Source: Lama glama
Taxonomy: Eukaryota
Length of the DNA stretch: 64,000 bases
Direction: 5' to 3'
NCBI GenBank assembly: GCA_028534125.1
Contig: CM052818.1
Span: forward strand, 4,280,001-4,344,000
Position numbers and translations under genes: made by a program. Below, piece after piece: positions 62,643 through 64,000 of the stretch. The notes beneath the pieces were generated by a model. That model made no database searches. It had not been told where the DNA came from and was given only the letters and a program-made list of their open reading frames with translations. The number at the start of each line of letters is the position of its first letter. Positions within the stretch are counted from its first letter, which is position 1.

Positions 62643-64000
62643 CTTCCTCTTCCCTGTAATTCTGTGCACCTAAAGGATGTTCTAGAATCTCGATGCTGCA
62701 GATAAAGTGGAGCCTGTTCAACAGAGAGTGACGGGATGGCATCTCTGGTGGGGAATTATTGAAGGAACTGCTAAGTTTTAGCCCAAAAAGGGACAGGCAG
62801 AGCAGATGACTGCTGTCTTCAGAGGGGTGAAACGTTGCCATGGCTTGTTTTGAAGTCCCAGGAGGTGAAAGTTTCAGGGAAAAAATAAACTCAAACAAGT
62901 TACTGCATCATTTCAGGAAGAAAGTTGAATTAGTGAGTTTTCCTGACCCCAGAGGTCTCCAAGCATGCTGGCGAATGGGTCAGCGAAAGAAATGCAGGCC
63001 ACATTGGAGAAGTTCGATTCAATATTTATCAGAATACCTAACATTCCTGTCACCCCTCAGATTCTGCACATCAGTTACAAACACCCACTGTCCATATTAT
63101 TCCTTCAGTCTCCTAATTCCAGGCGCCCCTGTCCTCATATGGAACTTTGGGCCTCATCTGCAAGCAAAAAAAAAAAAAAAAAAACCAAAACAAAACCCAA
63201 AAAACCCTCAAAGACATTTAGCATGAATAGCTAAAAATGACTCCATTAGAATTTTTTTTAAGTTACTATGATATGAAGCCCTGATTCTTTGGTTTCCCTG
63301 AGCCTCTATTGGGCAAGTTTCTTTCTCTGAGATATGTTCATACAACAAATAATGGTAGATCAGCTCCTACACGCGGACCCTGGCCTGGGGGAGGGGGTAG
63401 GAAAATGAACAAGAAGCCATCTCTGCTGTCAAAAGGTTCGCGAGCCAACGGGGGAGAGTGCCCTTGACCAGCGACTCCAGACCAGTGTGATGAACACACA
63501 AACTGGGACAAGCCTTCCTGTGGGTGTGCAGTTTCCCAGAAAGAAGCCATGACTCATCTCTGAGGGAGGGGCAGCTCGGTTGTGGGGTGCCGAACCCCCC
63601 CCCCAGGATCCTCCCACCAAGTGAAGACACCTTCCTTCACTTCTCCTTTGCCCCAAACTTCCCTTTTCACACGTTTCCGGCTAGAATTCTAAGGAACGCT
63701 ACCGTATGGTTAGAACTACATATTAAAGCAAAGCAGAACTGTGAGTTATGCTCATCCATTCTCCCACACTCGTGGGACGTGTTATTTGAAGCTGGTGCTG
63801 CATGAAATGAGATCCTTATTTCTGCTGCATCGTAAATTGCATCATCCACATTTGCCGCGTGATCCATGACGCCACCTGTGTAACAGCCTCAAGAAATGGC
63901 CATCGGGGGCCTGTTTAAATACTTGGAAGACGAGGAAATGAATCTGTTCACTAGTATATTTTTTACACAAATAAACTCTTCCGGTTTGGACAATTCCTCA

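Overview
Mammalian genomic DNA, very probably a camelid (two vic-1-type tRNA-derived SINEs), with two 500-N scaffold gaps (3014-3513 and 44151-44650). It covers the conserved APLF-FBXO48-PLEK locus. APLF coding exon 1 (minus strand) sits head-to-head with FBXO48 (plus strand, complete 155-aa CDS in two coding exons) on a shared CpG-island promoter. PLEK (pleckstrin) exons 2-9 and its 3'UTR are on the minus strand, with exon 1 beyond the window end. A second CpG island with a minus-strand splice donor lies at the window start, across the first gap. The rest is transposon-rich intron and intergenic DNA (L1, L2, MIR, solo LTRs, hAT/MER elements, a Charlie8-like transposase fossil, a U2 snRNA fragment). 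I see no convincing new biological system. The most notable observations are mutational footprints (inverted templated insertion, perfected palindrome, twin-primed L1, re-used L1 target site, SINE with extra 3' sequence), uORFs, and candidate enhancer/CTCF motifs. Gene and repeat names come from my recall of reference sequences, not from database searches.
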